Assembly: GCA_944371315.1 (NCBI GenBank)
Contig: CALVXN010000001.1
Span: forward strand, 2,838-66,837
Direction of reading: 5' to 3'
From: an uncultured Bacilli bacterium
GTDB taxonomy: Bacteria; Bacillota_I; Bacilli_A; RF39; UBA660
Length of the DNA: 64,000 bases
Positions 50,764 to 61,524 of the stretch are shown one piece after another; positions within the stretch are counted from its first letter, which is position 1, and the number at the start of each line of letters is the position of its first letter. The notes beneath the pieces are model-generated. The model did not search any database and was not told the origin of the DNA. It was given only the letters and a program-made list of their open reading frames with translations. Position numbers and translations under genes: made by a program.

Positions 50764-50796
50764 ATAATAAAAAACTGCTATAAAATATAACAGTTA
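50764..50796 (-). terminator. Intrinsic terminator after the DUF362 gene
   Basis: AACTGTTATA / TATAGCAGTT stem (one G-T) + TTTTTTATT on the minus strand. Confidence 0.45.
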
Positions 50797-50803
50797 TTCT
50801 TAA

Positions 50804-51688
50804 TTATTCAACTATTATTAAATCATAATCCCTAGAACCAATTTCCAGTTCACTAGCAGCTTCAATTGTATGAATTCCATGTAAAGATTCTATTCTTTTA
50901 ATTAGCTTTTCTTTACCTAAATCATTTGAATTATAAACTAAATCTAAACATGCTTGATCAACGGCAACAGGATCAATACTTGCAAGAATTCCTATATCAT
51001 TCATACATGGAAGACTAGCATTACCATCACAATCACAATCTATAGAAATATTTTTCATAATATTAATATATACAATATTACCATTAAAATAATTAACAAC
51101 ACTACTAGCAGCATCAGCCATAGCTTCTAAAAATTTATCTTGTTCAGGTAAATTATTAAATAATTCATATTGATTATCAGTAACACCAGCAGTATGAATT
51201 AGCGTTTTACCTTTAGATGATGCACAACCAATACTAAGTTGTTTTAAAGCACCACCATATCCTCCCATAGCATGTCCCTTAAAATGCGATAAAACTAACA
51301 TTGAATCATAATTTGCCAAATTTTTACCAACATAATTTTTCTTTAAAACTTTACCGTTTGGAACATCAAGTTCTAAATCTGGTCCCAAAGCATCCATTAA
51401 ATCAAATGAAAAATACTTTTCCCATTCATGTTCTTCGATTAATTTACGGTGTTTTTCAGTTGTATTTCTGGCCCCTTCATATGCAGTATTACATTCCACC
51501 ACTGTCCCATTAACATATTTTACAATATCCTTTACAAATTCAGGTTTCAAATAATTTCTATTTCCTTTTTCACCAGAATGCAATTTAACAGCAACATTTC
51601 CTTCAAGTTTTTTTCCTAAAGCATTATAAATTTTAATAATATTTTCTGATGTTATTTTTTTAATAAAATAAACTTTTGATTTTTTCAT
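50804..51688 (-). CDS. DUF362-family protein (associated with ferredoxin/flavodoxin)
   Basis: 294 aa; Cys-containing segments SIDCDCDG and CMND; adjacent flavodoxin gene. Confidence 0.45.
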   Translation of the reverse strand: MKKSKVYFIKKITSENIIKIYNALGKKLEGNVAVKLHSGEKGNRNYLKPEFVKDIVKYVNGTVVECNTAYEGARNTTEKHRKLIEEHEWEKYFSFDLMDALGPDLELDVPNGKVLKKNYVGKNLANYDSMLVLSHFKGHAMGGYGGALKQLSIGCASSKGKTLIHTAGVTDNQYELFNNLPEQDKFLEAMADAASSVVNYFNGNIVYINIMKNISIDCDCDGNASLPCMNDIGILASIDPVAVDQACLDLVYNSNDLGKEKLIKRIESLHGIHTIEAASELEIGSRDYDLIIVE

Positions 51689-51702
51689 TTTTTCTCCTTT
51701 TC

Positions 51703-52182
51703 TTATATATTATTTATCCAATTTTTAATTGTCTCAATTGGAGTTACTAATTCATTTTTATTATAATCACTAGTAAATACAATATTAAATTCATTTACTA
51801 CTTTTGAATTTGAGCATAAACTTTTAATTTCATTAAATGTTTTACCCAACCATCCAGCATTAGTAGCATAAGGAATAATTATTTTATTTGATAAATCATA
51901 TTTTTTTAAAAATGCTCTAATAACTGGGGCACTACGATACCACCATACTGGAGTTCCAATAATAATTGTATCATATAAATCCAAATCAATATTAATATCT
52001 TTAATTTCAGGAATTTTATCACTGCTTTCTTGATTTTGCTCATCATTAACAACTTTATTATAATCATTTGAATATGAAATAACTGGTTCTAAACGAATTA
52101 CATCACAATTAATATTTTGTTTAATGATTTCAGCAATATACTTTGTATGTCCTGTATAACTAAAATAAACTAATAATTTCAT
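51703..52182 (-). CDS. Flavodoxin
   Basis: N-terminal FMN phosphate-binding loop YFSYTGHTK, IIIGTPVWW. Confidence 0.65.
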   Translation of the reverse strand: MKLLVYFSYTGHTKYIAEIIKQNINCDVIRLEPVISYSNDYNKVVNDEQNQESSDKIPEIKDINIDLDLYDTIIIGTPVWWYRSAPVIRAFLKKYDLSNKIIIPYATNAGWLGKTFNEIKSLCSNSKVVNEFNIVFTSDYNKNELVTPIETIKNWINNI

Positions 52183-52190
52183 AAATCCTC

Positions 52191-53084
52191 CTAATCAATA
52201 ACATTTTTTATAACATTTTTAGATTTTTCAAATAATATTTTTTCTTCATCATTTAAGTCAATTTCCAATCTTTTTCTAATTCCATTTTTATTAATAATAC
52301 ATGGCTTGCTTATATAGACATCATTAGCTAATGAAGAAACAGTAATTATAGCATTTTCATCATTTAAAATTGCATTAGTAATTCTAACTAAACACATTCC
52401 AATACCATATGAAGTATTACCTTTTTTATTAATAATGTCATAAGCAGATTCTCTTACTTCAATTTCTATTTCCTTTTTTTCATCATCACTTAACATAGAA
52501 TCAATTTTTAAACTACCTACCATTGCACTACTCCACGCAATAAACTCTGAATCTCCATGTTCTCCTAAAACATAGGCATGAACATTTTTAGGATAAATAT
52601 TAAACCTTTTAGATAGTGAATATCTTAACCTAGCAGTATCCAAACTAGTTCCTGTCCCTATCACTTGTCTATTATCCAATTTAGAGCATTTATAAGTAAT
52701 ATAGCTCATAGCATCAACTGGATTAGTAGCTATTAAAAATATGCCATTAAAACCAGTAGCCATTATTTTATCTATTATTTCCTTAAAAATAACTTCATTT
52801 TTTTTAATTAAATCAAGTCTTGTTTCACCAACATTTTGATTAGCACCAGCAGATATTACAACAATTTTAGCATCCCCACAATCATTATAATCACCCGCTT
52901 TGACATTCATTGTATTTAATGAATAAGGAATACTATGATTTAAATCCATTGCTTCCCCTAAAGCTTTATCAGTATTTTTATCAATTAAAATTAATTCATC
53001 AACACTACATTTTTGATTTATTAAAGCATAAGCATAACTCATACCAACATTACCACAACCAACAATAACTACTTTATTCATCAT
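52191..53084 (-). CDS. ldh: L-lactate dehydrogenase
   Basis: NAD motif VVIVGCGNVGMSYAY; LDH active-site signature GEHGDS. Confidence 0.85.
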   Translation of the reverse strand: MMNKVVIVGCGNVGMSYAYALINQKCSVDELILIDKNTDKALGEAMDLNHSIPYSLNTMNVKAGDYNDCGDAKIVVISAGANQNVGETRLDLIKKNEVIFKEIIDKIMATGFNGIFLIATNPVDAMSYITYKCSKLDNRQVIGTGTSLDTARLRYSLSKRFNIYPKNVHAYVLGEHGDSEFIAWSSAMVGSLKIDSMLSDDEKKEIEIEVRESAYDIINKKGNTSYGIGMCLVRITNAILNDENAIITVSSLANDVYISKPCIINKNGIRKRLEIDLNDEEKILFEKSKNVIKNVID

Positions 53085-53168
53085 CTACCTCCATACATTA
53101 ACTAATATTATCTATATTTATTCTGATATTCTAAAAAAATTATATCAAAAAATAAAGAAAGAAAATAG

Positions 53169-54344
53169 TTATTTACGTTTTTTCTTTCTTTTCTTAAATA
53201 AAATTAATTTTAATAATATAATAAGTGTAATAGTAATTAAAATAATTGATAATAAAGATGGATAATAATCTATATCAGAATTTAAATAAGCACTTGTTGA
53301 ATATATTAACTCACCATTGCTATAAATTTTCACTTTACCTATTTCACTTCCAAATTTAACATCTTTATTAATTTCTTTTATACCAACAAATTCATATTCT
53401 AAATTTTCACTTGTTCCATTTTCCAAATACATTTTTACTTCATCATTTACTGCAATATCATAACTTTTTACTTTACTCCATTTTACAGGCAATGTTGAAA
53501 TAATTTTACTATCATCCAAAATTACTTGATAACTATAATTATCATTAAAATAATCATAAATTGTTAAAGTATCTTTGACAGCACTATAATTATAATCCAA
53601 ACTTGAATTTATAACTACTAATAAATAATTTACATCATTCAAATTTGTAATTGAAGCCAAACATCTACCAGCTTCTTTTGTAAAACCACTTTTAGAGCCA
53701 TCTATTTTATTAATATCTAAAATATTTTTATAAGGCATTAAAGTTGATTTCAAAATAATACCATTACTAGTTGTATATTCTTTTGCTGTAAAAACTTCTT
53801 TAAAAGTATCATTATTTAAAGCATATTTTAACATTTTAGCAATATCACTAGCAGTAGAATAATTATTAGTGTCATCTTTACCAATAGGATTTGAAAATTT
53901 AGTATTTGAAAGTCCTATTTCTTTTGTCTTTTCATTCATAGCAGTAATAAAATTATCATAACCCAAAGTATTGTTTACTAATGCATTTATAGCATCAGCA
54001 CCACTTGGAAGTAAAACCCCATATAACAAATCTTCATAAGTTACAATATCACCAATAGAAAAACCTGCTTTTGAATATCCTTCGGTTCCAATAAAATCAT
54101 TAGCAGTAATAGTTACAGTTTCATTTAAATCATCAATATTATCAAGAGCAACCAAAGCACTCATTATTTTTGTTAAACTAGCAATACTTGTTTTTTCATC
54201 ACTATTTTTTTCATATAAAATATTATTATCATTTAAATTATATAAAATAACATTTTCACCAGTTATATCAAAACCTTCTGCTAAACAAGAAATGGGAATA
54301 CAAAAAGAAAAAAGAATAATAAATAAATATAATATTCTTTTCAT
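53169..54344 (-). CDS. dacA: D-alanyl-D-alanine carboxypeptidase (PBP5-type, class A low-MW PBP) with a C-terminal membrane anchor
   Basis: Signal peptide; SxxK (SLTK); SGAD (SxN-like); KSG triad (GSKSGFT); C-terminal TM + KKRKKKRK. Confidence 0.75.
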   Translation of the reverse strand: MKRILYLFIILFSFCIPISCLAEGFDITGENVILYNLNDNNILYEKNSDEKTSIASLTKIMSALVALDNIDDLNETVTITANDFIGTEGYSKAGFSIGDIVTYEDLLYGVLLPSGADAINALVNNTLGYDNFITAMNEKTKEIGLSNTKFSNPIGKDDTNNYSTASDIAKMLKYALNNDTFKEVFTAKEYTTSNGIILKSTLMPYKNILDINKIDGSKSGFTKEAGRCLASITNLNDVNYLLVVINSSLDYNYSAVKDTLTIYDYFNDNYSYQVILDDSKIISTLPVKWSKVKSYDIAVNDEVKMYLENGTSENLEYEFVGIKEINKDVKFGSEIGKVKIYSNGELIYSTSAYLNSDIDYYPSLLSIILITITLIILLKLILFKKRKKKRK

Positions 54345-55732
54345 TATTTTAATTCGTATGTAGTCCCTTCTCTAGTATCTTTTAAAACAATTCCTTTTTC
54401 TAATAATTCATTTCTAATTTTATCAGCAGTTTCATAATCTTTGTTCTTTTTTGCTTCATTTCTTTTGTTAATCATTTCCATAATATAATCTTCATTTTCA
54501 ACTTTTTCCTTATTTTTGGCAAGCAAATCTAAACTTAATACTTCATCCCACTTATCAACTAAATTGTATTTTGTATCATTATCAACATCACTTTTTAATA
54601 AATCATATAAAACAGTTATTGCATTAGCAGTATTTAAGTCATCTTCCAAACAAGATTTAAATTTATCATTCCAAAGATTATAAACATCATTATTAATATT
54701 GTCACCAAATTTTAAACTATAAGTTTTATTTAATAATTTTTTATAAGCATTTTCAGCACCATCTAATGAATTATAAGTAAATACCAATTGCCTACGATAA
54801 TGACTCATTAAACACATATATCTAAAACTTAATGGATTATATCCTTTTTCTTTTAAAACACTTACAGTTAAAATTGAACCATGACTTTTACTCATTTTAC
54901 CAGATTCATCATTTAAATGTTCATTATGAAACCAATAATTACACCATTTATGTCCCAAATAAGATTCACTTTGAGCAATTTCATTGGTATGATGTGGAAA
55001 TATATTATCAACACCACCGCCATGAATATCTAAATATTCTCCTAAATATTTAATGCTTATTCCAGAACATTCTATATGCCATCCAGGATATCCTAAACCC
55101 CAAGGACTATTCCATTTTAATTCTTGATCTTCAAACTTTGATTTTGTAAACCATAAAACAAAATCATTTTGATTTCTTTTAGATGCATCTTCTTCAACAC
55201 CTTCGCGAACACCTACAACCATATCATCAGCTCTATGGTTAGTAAGTTGATAGTAATCATTTAATTTAGTAGTATCAAAATATATATTTCCCCCAGCTTG
55301 ATAAGCATAACCATTTTCTAATAATTTAGTTATAATTTTAATATACTCATCAATATTACCAGTTGCAGGACTTACAATATCTGGCACCCTATTATTAAGT
55401 AATTCAAAATCATGAAAAAATGCATCAGTATAAAATCTAGCAATATCCATAACTGTTTTATTTTCTTTTTTTGCACTGCTTACCATTTTATCATCACCAG
55501 TATCAGAATCACTAGTTAAATGTCCAACATCTGTAATATTCATTACTCTTTTTACATTATATCCCAAATATCTTAAAGTTTTATCTAAAATATCATGACC
55601 TATATAATTACGCATATTACCAATATGAGCATAATGATAAACTGTTGGTCCACAAGTATAAAACCCTACTTCATTCTTATTCCAAGGAACAAATTCCTCA
55701 ATACTTCTTGTTAACGTATTATATAATTTCAT
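54344..55732 (-). CDS. cysS: Cysteinyl-tRNA synthetase
   Basis: HIGN (HYAHIGNMRNY) and KMSKS motifs; Zn-binding CGPT. Confidence 0.9.
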   Translation of the reverse strand: MKLYNTLTRSIEEFVPWNKNEVGFYTCGPTVYHYAHIGNMRNYIGHDILDKTLRYLGYNVKRVMNITDVGHLTSDSDTGDDKMVSSAKKENKTVMDIARFYTDAFFHDFELLNNRVPDIVSPATGNIDEYIKIITKLLENGYAYQAGGNIYFDTTKLNDYYQLTNHRADDMVVGVREGVEEDASKRNQNDFVLWFTKSKFEDQELKWNSPWGLGYPGWHIECSGISIKYLGEYLDIHGGGVDNIFPHHTNEIAQSESYLGHKWCNYWFHNEHLNDESGKMSKSHGSILTVSVLKEKGYNPLSFRYMCLMSHYRRQLVFTYNSLDGAENAYKKLLNKTYSLKFGDNINNDVYNLWNDKFKSCLEDDLNTANAITVLYDLLKSDVDNDTKYNLVDKWDEVLSLDLLAKNKEKVENEDYIMEMINKRNEAKKNKDYETADKIRNELLEKGIVLKDTREGTTYELK

Positions 55733-55739
55733 AATTCTC

Positions 55740-56138
55740 CTAACTATTTTTATTTATTCTTAAAGTAGCACTTTTACCATCGTCATTAATTCTTATTAAT
55801 TCAAGTGTATATTCTAAACTAATTTTATCTAACTCAACTAAAGTTGGTTCAAGTGTTCCCAAATCTACAAATGTAAACTTATGTTGATTAATTAACAATA
55901 ACTTTACTTTAAATTGACCTTCTCTGTCACATGATACATCCAAACATCGATCATCTTTTATATTTATTAATTTTACAATAACCTCATCATCAACAACTGC
56001 ATAGTCCATTTCTTCTAATGTAAAATATTTATCATAAGTAGTATTATACTTTTCAACGTCTATAAAAAATTTATATATTCCAAATCCTAGTAAACCCAAA
56101 ATTATAACCCCTACTAAAATTCTTCTTATTTTTTTCAT
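55740..56138 (-). CDS. Small membrane-anchored hypothetical protein, 132 aa
   Basis: N-terminal TM helix; sits between gltX and cysS with 4-nt overlap to gltX. Confidence 0.4.
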   Translation of the reverse strand: MKKIRRILVGVIILGLLGFGIYKFFIDVEKYNTTYDKYFTLEEMDYAVVDDEVIVKLINIKDDRCLDVSCDREGQFKVKLLLINQHKFTFVDLGTLEPTLVELDKISLEYTLELIRINDDGKSATLRINKNS

Positions 56139-57568
56139 TTCAATCTTTCAACAATTACATCCTTACCAATTAAATATAATGTATCTGCAAGTTCTGGTCC
56201 ATGCATAAATCCACTTGCTTTAATTCTAATTGGCATATATAGTAATTTACCCTTTACTCCTAAATTATTTTTAACATTATTAATAGCATTGTTAATATTT
56301 TCTATATTCCATTCGTTAATATTTAAAACTTCATCTCTAAATGATTTAATAACATCATCTATTATTGGATCACTATCCATAAATTCTTTAGCTTCAGTAT
56401 TTAACTCTATTTTATCGATAAAAAAGTGTTCAGTTAGCTCATTTATTTCTTCACCATAATTTAAATGATTTTTATAAATTAATAACAATTTGTTTATCCA
56501 ATCAATAGATTTATTACTAACATCTCTTTTAAAATATTGTTTTACCCATTCTAAATATTCATCATCTGGCATTTTTTTAATATATTGAGCATTAAACCAT
56601 CTAAGTTTCATTATATCATATTGACTTGAAGACTTACTTATTCTATTTTCATCAAAGTTTTTAATTAATTCATCTAAAGTAAATACTTCTTGATTTATAC
56701 TAGGGCTCCATCCAAGCAAACATAAATAATTAACAATTGCATCAGGTAAATAACCAACATTGTATAAATCCATAAAAGATGCATCACCATTACGCTTAGA
56801 TAATTTATTACCATCTTCACCTAAGACCATTGCAACATGAGCATAAATAGGTTTTTCCCAACCAAATGCTTCATACAACAAATTATATTTAGCTGTTTGA
56901 TCTAAATATTCTTTACCTCTTATTACATGAGTAATTTCCATTAAATGATCATCAATAACATTAGCAAAGTTATATGTTGGAAAACCATCACTTTTAAGTA
57001 ATATTTGATCATCCAAAATACTATTATCAATTTTTACTTTACCATAAACTATATCATCAACTTCAGTAACACCAGTTTTAGGCATTTTTTGTCTAATAAC
57101 ATAAGGAACATTATTAGCTAAATTTTCTTTTATTTTCTCTTTACTTAACCTAGAACAGCGTCCATCATAATGAAAAGGCCTTTTGCGCATTTCTGCTTTT
57201 TTACGCATTTCCTCAAGTTCATCTTCAGTGCAAAAACAATAATAAGCCTTACCCATTTCAACTAACTCTAACGCATATTTTTTATATATTTCTTTTCTTT
57301 CACTTTGAATATATGGCCCATATCCTTTATCATTCATTGGCCCTTCATCTATTTTAAAACCACATAAACTTAATGTTTTATATATAAATTCTATTGCACC
57401 GTCTACTTGTCTTTCTTGATCAGTATCTTCAATTCTTAAAATAAAACTTCCATTATATTTTTTTGCAAGTAAATATTCAAATATAGCAGTTCTTAAATTT
57501 CCAATATGCATATATCCAGTTGGACTAGGTGCAAAACGTGTTCTAACTTTCATAACATTCAACTCCAC
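56135..57568 (-). CDS. gltX: Glutamyl-tRNA synthetase
   Basis: HIGH-class motif PTGYMHIGNLRTA and KLSKR. Confidence 0.9.
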   Translation of the reverse strand: MELNVMKVRTRFAPSPTGYMHIGNLRTAIFEYLLAKKYNGSFILRIEDTDQERQVDGAIEFIYKTLSLCGFKIDEGPMNDKGYGPYIQSERKEIYKKYALELVEMGKAYYCFCTEDELEEMRKKAEMRKRPFHYDGRCSRLSKEKIKENLANNVPYVIRQKMPKTGVTEVDDIVYGKVKIDNSILDDQILLKSDGFPTYNFANVIDDHLMEITHVIRGKEYLDQTAKYNLLYEAFGWEKPIYAHVAMVLGEDGNKLSKRNGDASFMDLYNVGYLPDAIVNYLCLLGWSPSINQEVFTLDELIKNFDENRISKSSSQYDIMKLRWFNAQYIKKMPDDEYLEWVKQYFKRDVSNKSIDWINKLLLIYKNHLNYGEEINELTEHFFIDKIELNTEAKEFMDSDPIIDDVIKSFRDEVLNINEWNIENINNAINNVKNNLGVKGKLLYMPIRIKASGFMHGPELADTLYLIGKDVIVERLK

Positions 57569-57601
57569 CCATATTTTATCAAACTATAAAAAAATTGTCC
57601 A

Positions 57602-57838
57602 TTATTCCTCAAAAAAATATTTAAGAGAATAAATTAAAACTTTAACATTTCTTTTTAAATCATTTTTAGACATTTTAAATTCTTTAGAATAATAATTTAA
57701 GTTATTGTTAATATCTTTCAAATACACTAACATTTCATCATAATTACAAAATTTTAAAAAATCACTCATCCATATAATTCCATCTAAAAATCCATTTTTG
57801 TATCCTTTTTTATATTTTTTATTAAACATAAATATCAC
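57602..57838 (-). CDS. Small hypothetical protein of about 74-78 aa, downstream of the HExxH protein
   Basis: Intact short ORF, Lys/Asn/Tyr-rich; no motif recognised. Confidence 0.3.
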   Translation of the reverse strand: MIFMFNKKYKKGYKNGFLDGIIWMSDFLKFCNYDEMLVYLKDINNNLNYYSKEFKMSKNDLKRNVKVLIYSLKYFFEE

Positions 57839-57864
57839 TTAATTTAAATTTATGTATATAAAAA

Positions 57865-59568
57865 TTAATTATTAAAATAACTTGAAAAATATAACTCTGG
57901 AAAATTAGATAATATAACACTTTTTAAATAATCAATTTTAGCATTAAGATTAGGATATTTACTATAATCTTCCCCTCTACATATTGTTTCAAAAGTTCTT
58001 GCTCTATCTTCTAAAACATTACTTCTTGCATAGTTATCTACAAAATAAACATCTTCATTAAACTTATAAGAATCTAAAGTATCATTAAAAACTCGATTTG
58101 TATAATATACTCCACTATACATAAAATTAATTGGATTATAACTATTCCATTCACTAAAATAAACCTTCTTATTATTTAAATAATATTCTATTGCATGCAT
58201 AGTTTCATGACAAGCAATAGTTTTAATATCTTCAATATCACTTACATCTATAGCTATGATATATTTATTATTTTTTAAAGTAAATAAACCAACTACATCT
58301 ACACTATTGTAATTAGAATTATTCACATTAATTCCACTAACGAAATATATTTCAAACCCATTAAAATTATTTTTATTAAATCTATTAAAAAAATCATAAT
58401 TAAATATTTTAAAATAATCTTCTAACTCTTCTAAAGCATTAATAATATCATTATAGTTATTTAATTTATACACATTATATTGATCATCCAAATAACTAGG
58501 ATTATCATATATATTTATATAAACACCGTAATTATTTTTATATTCATTTATTTTATCATTAATCAATCTTTCTTCATAAACAAATGAACTTTCAACATTA
58601 TTGCCTTCAATATTAAAAATATCATATACATATAATAAACTATCAGTAAATACATATAAATTATTATAATTAACTACAATCTCATTTATATTATAATCTG
58701 TATTTAAAGTTATATTTTCAATAATTTCATCTGTATATAAATTATATACATTTATTTTATTACCATTTAAAACATACAAATAATAATTAGTTCCCAAAGT
58801 AATTAATTTATTAGATAAGTTATTGATTGGACTATTAAATTCTTTATATTCATCATTTACTACATCATGTATCTTAATTTTATTTTCATTATAAGTAAAA
58901 ATTCCTTTTTCAAATAAACCATAATTACTAATATTAGTTTCTAAAAGATTAGTATCATCATATAAACTAATTAATTGATTTAAATCATTATATCTTATAT
59001 ATAAACAATAATCATCACAAAATATATCCTTAGTATATGGTGTTTCTAACTCAACATATTTTTTTATAGTATTTTTATAATAACCATTAATATACTGATA
59101 ACTATAATTATAATCTCCAATTTCAAAACTTAAATTACTTCCATCAGTATTAATTACATAGTTATAATTGCTTTTAATATTTTGATTAATTAATTTATTA
59201 AATTTTATATCATAAATAGTTACATAATTACTATCACTACAATAAATATAAGGATAATTATCTTCATTTTGTAATTTACAATCTTTATTTAAAGCTTTTG
59301 AATAATTATTAACTTTATTGTTTAAAATATCTATTTCTTTAACTAAAAAATAATCATCCAAATTATATAATAAATAAACTTTTTCATTATTAATAACTTT
59401 ATTAACAAAATTAAAATTTGAAACATCAATTTCATAAGTTGATAAAGCATAATTTGAATATTCTTCTTTATTGTTTATAAAAAAGTTATCATAATTAACC
59501 CAACATAAAACTCCAATTAAAATTATAATTAACAAGCATAATATCTTTAAATTAGTATTTTCTTTCAT
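57865..59568 (-). CDS. Membrane-anchored/secreted protein with a C-terminal HExxH zincin-like motif
   Basis: N-terminal TM/signal (ILCLLIIILIGVLCWV); IACHETMHAIEYY near the C-terminus; Asn/Tyr-rich. Confidence 0.45.
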   Translation of the reverse strand: MKENTNLKILCLLIIILIGVLCWVNYDNFFINNKEEYSNYALSTYEIDVSNFNFVNKVINNEKVYLLYNLDDYFLVKEIDILNNKVNNYSKALNKDCKLQNEDNYPYIYCSDSNYVTIYDIKFNKLINQNIKSNYNYVINTDGSNLSFEIGDYNYSYQYINGYYKNTIKKYVELETPYTKDIFCDDYCLYIRYNDLNQLISLYDDTNLLETNISNYGLFEKGIFTYNENKIKIHDVVNDEYKEFNSPINNLSNKLITLGTNYYLYVLNGNKINVYNLYTDEIIENITLNTDYNINEIVVNYNNLYVFTDSLLYVYDIFNIEGNNVESSFVYEERLINDKINEYKNNYGVYINIYDNPSYLDDQYNVYKLNNYNDIINALEELEDYFKIFNYDFFNRFNKNNFNGFEIYFVSGINVNNSNYNSVDVVGLFTLKNNKYIIAIDVSDIEDIKTIACHETMHAIEYYLNNKKVYFSEWNSYNPINFMYSGVYYTNRVFNDTLDSYKFNEDVYFVDNYARSNVLEDRARTFETICRGEDYSKYPNLNAKIDYLKSVILSNFPELYFSSYFNN

Positions 59569-59629
59569 AACCCCTGCACCATAAATGATATATTACCATA
59601 TTTTTTTATAAAAAACAAATTTAAAAAAT

Positions 59630-60501
59630 TTAACGACGCCTTACTAATCGCTTTTCATAAATATCTCTTAAACTTGAAATTGCCAAAATATCTTCTTCAC
59701 TAATATTTGCAATTTTACCTAGTTCACTTATATCGGTTATACCGGTCTTTTTAGAGATTTCTATTAAAGCAAAAATTATCTTTTTAAAATTAATAGCAAT
59801 ATTAGGGTCTTCTAACAATCCATAATCTAAACAAGTAGCATCTGTATAACTTGACTCAATAACATAAGGATGTAATTTTTCTCCTTTTAATTGTTTTGCT
59901 TTTTTATATAATCTGATTATTTCATCTAACCACGCATTTGCAAACATAATTAAATTTTCTTTTTGCATTTTTCCTTTTGAAAATAATGAAAAATCTTGTG
60001 GATCAAGCGGATTTCCATAAATGACTAAATTATTTTGGCCTAATTTTTTAGAAGCTTTTACAGCAATATAAAAAGCACCAAAAGGAATAGTATTTAAATG
60101 ATAATCTTTAAAATTTAACATAACTTCTGGATCAACATGTCTTCCTTGGGGAAAAATTATTAAAGAATGATTAGGGTCTTTTAATTTTCTTATTTCATTA
60201 AGAATTTCATCTATTTTAACAGAATCTCTTGTAATAGGATAAACATTGAAATATGGCAACAATTTAGCAATTGTAGGAAAATTATCCCAAAATTCTTTAT
60301 ACATAAATGTATCAATGTCATAATCTTTAGCTAATAAAGACCAAATAATATAACCATCTAAATTATTTGTATGATTTGGTGCAAAAATATATTATTTATC
60401 TTCAAGTAATTCTTTTTGATATTCCGTTACTTGGAATAGTATTTTAGCATATAGTGTATGCATTAAAATTGCTAGTTTAGGATTTATTTTATGTGATTCC
60501 A
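59630..60501 (-). pseudogene. plsC: Disrupted 1-acyl-sn-glycerol-3-phosphate acyltransferase (plsC-like): in-frame TAA plus a 1-nt deletion
   Basis: ATG at 60501..60499 gives MESHK...ELLEDK, then TAA (60391-93), then YIFAPNHTNN, then TAG (60358-60); in the -1 frame it continues LDGYIIWSLLAKDYD...; the acyltransferase HX4D motif (NHTNNLD) spans the frameshift. Confidence 0.55.
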
Positions 60502-60633
60502 TATATAATGCCTCCCTTTTTATTAAGGCATACTATAACATAAATTTTAAAAACAAACAATTAGATTTTTCAATAAATAAAAAATAAGCTTTTTTTATTT
60601 AACAAGCTTATTTAACTAAATTTTTAAATAATT

Positions 60634-61512
60634 CTAATCTTTCATATCATAAATAACTCTAGCACCATCTGATGTAGCAGTTACTAATTGATAAACATCC
60701 TTTTTAATTACATCCCCAATTGCATATACATTTTTAATCGGAGTTTCTAAATTTTCATTTACTATAACGTAACCATTTTCATCTAATATTTTCTTATCAA
60801 CAATCTCAGTTGCTGGTCTATAACCAATATAAATAAATACACCAGAAACATCAATAGAATTACCATTATCTAATGTAATAGATTTTAATTTACCATCAAC
60901 CTCATTCATATTTTTTATATTGGCATTATAAATTATTTCAACTTTAGGATTATTTTTAACTTCTTCAACAAGCATTTCTTCTCCCCGAAATCCATCACGA
61001 CGATTTATTAAATAAATTTTATTAGCAATATTGGATAAATACATTGTTTCTTGTAAAGCACTGTTACCAGTTCCAACAACAGCTATATCTTTATCTTTAT
61101 AAAAAAAGGCATCACACATAGCACAAGTTGATAAGCCATGACCTAATAAATCTTTTTCATTATCTAACCCTAAATATTTCGGCTTTCTTCCCATAGCTAA
61201 TATAACTTTTTTAGATTTATATTCATTATTTGTAGTTTTAATAATCTTTTCTTCTTTATCTAAATCTAAATTTACAACTTCTTCTAAGACATATGGTATA
61301 TCAAATGATTCTACCTGTTCTAATAATTTTTGAGCAAAATCTGGCCCAGTAATATCAATAAGTCCTGGATAATTACTAATCTTATCTATGCTATTTAATA
61401 ATCCTCCAGGCATACCTTTATCAATGATTAAAACCTTTTTATTACTTCTTTTAGCATAAATAGCAGCAGTAATTCCACTAATACCCATACCTATAATTAT
61501 AATATCATACAT
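60634..61512 (-). CDS. Second thioredoxin-reductase-like flavoprotein
   Basis: IIGMGISGITAA FAD motif, CAMCDA redox CxxC, VVGTGNSALQE NAD(P)H motif. Confidence 0.7.
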   Translation of the reverse strand: MYDIIIIGMGISGITAAIYAKRSNKKVLIIDKGMPGGLLNSIDKISNYPGLIDITGPDFAQKLLEQVESFDIPYVLEEVVNLDLDKEEKIIKTTNNEYKSKKVILAMGRKPKYLGLDNEKDLLGHGLSTCAMCDAFFYKDKDIAVVGTGNSALQETMYLSNIANKIYLINRRDGFRGEEMLVEEVKNNPKVEIIYNANIKNMNEVDGKLKSITLDNGNSIDVSGVFIYIGYRPATEIVDKKILDENGYVIVNENLETPIKNVYAIGDVIKKDVYQLVTATSDGARVIYDMKD

Positions 61513-61524
61513 ATTATTTCTCCT

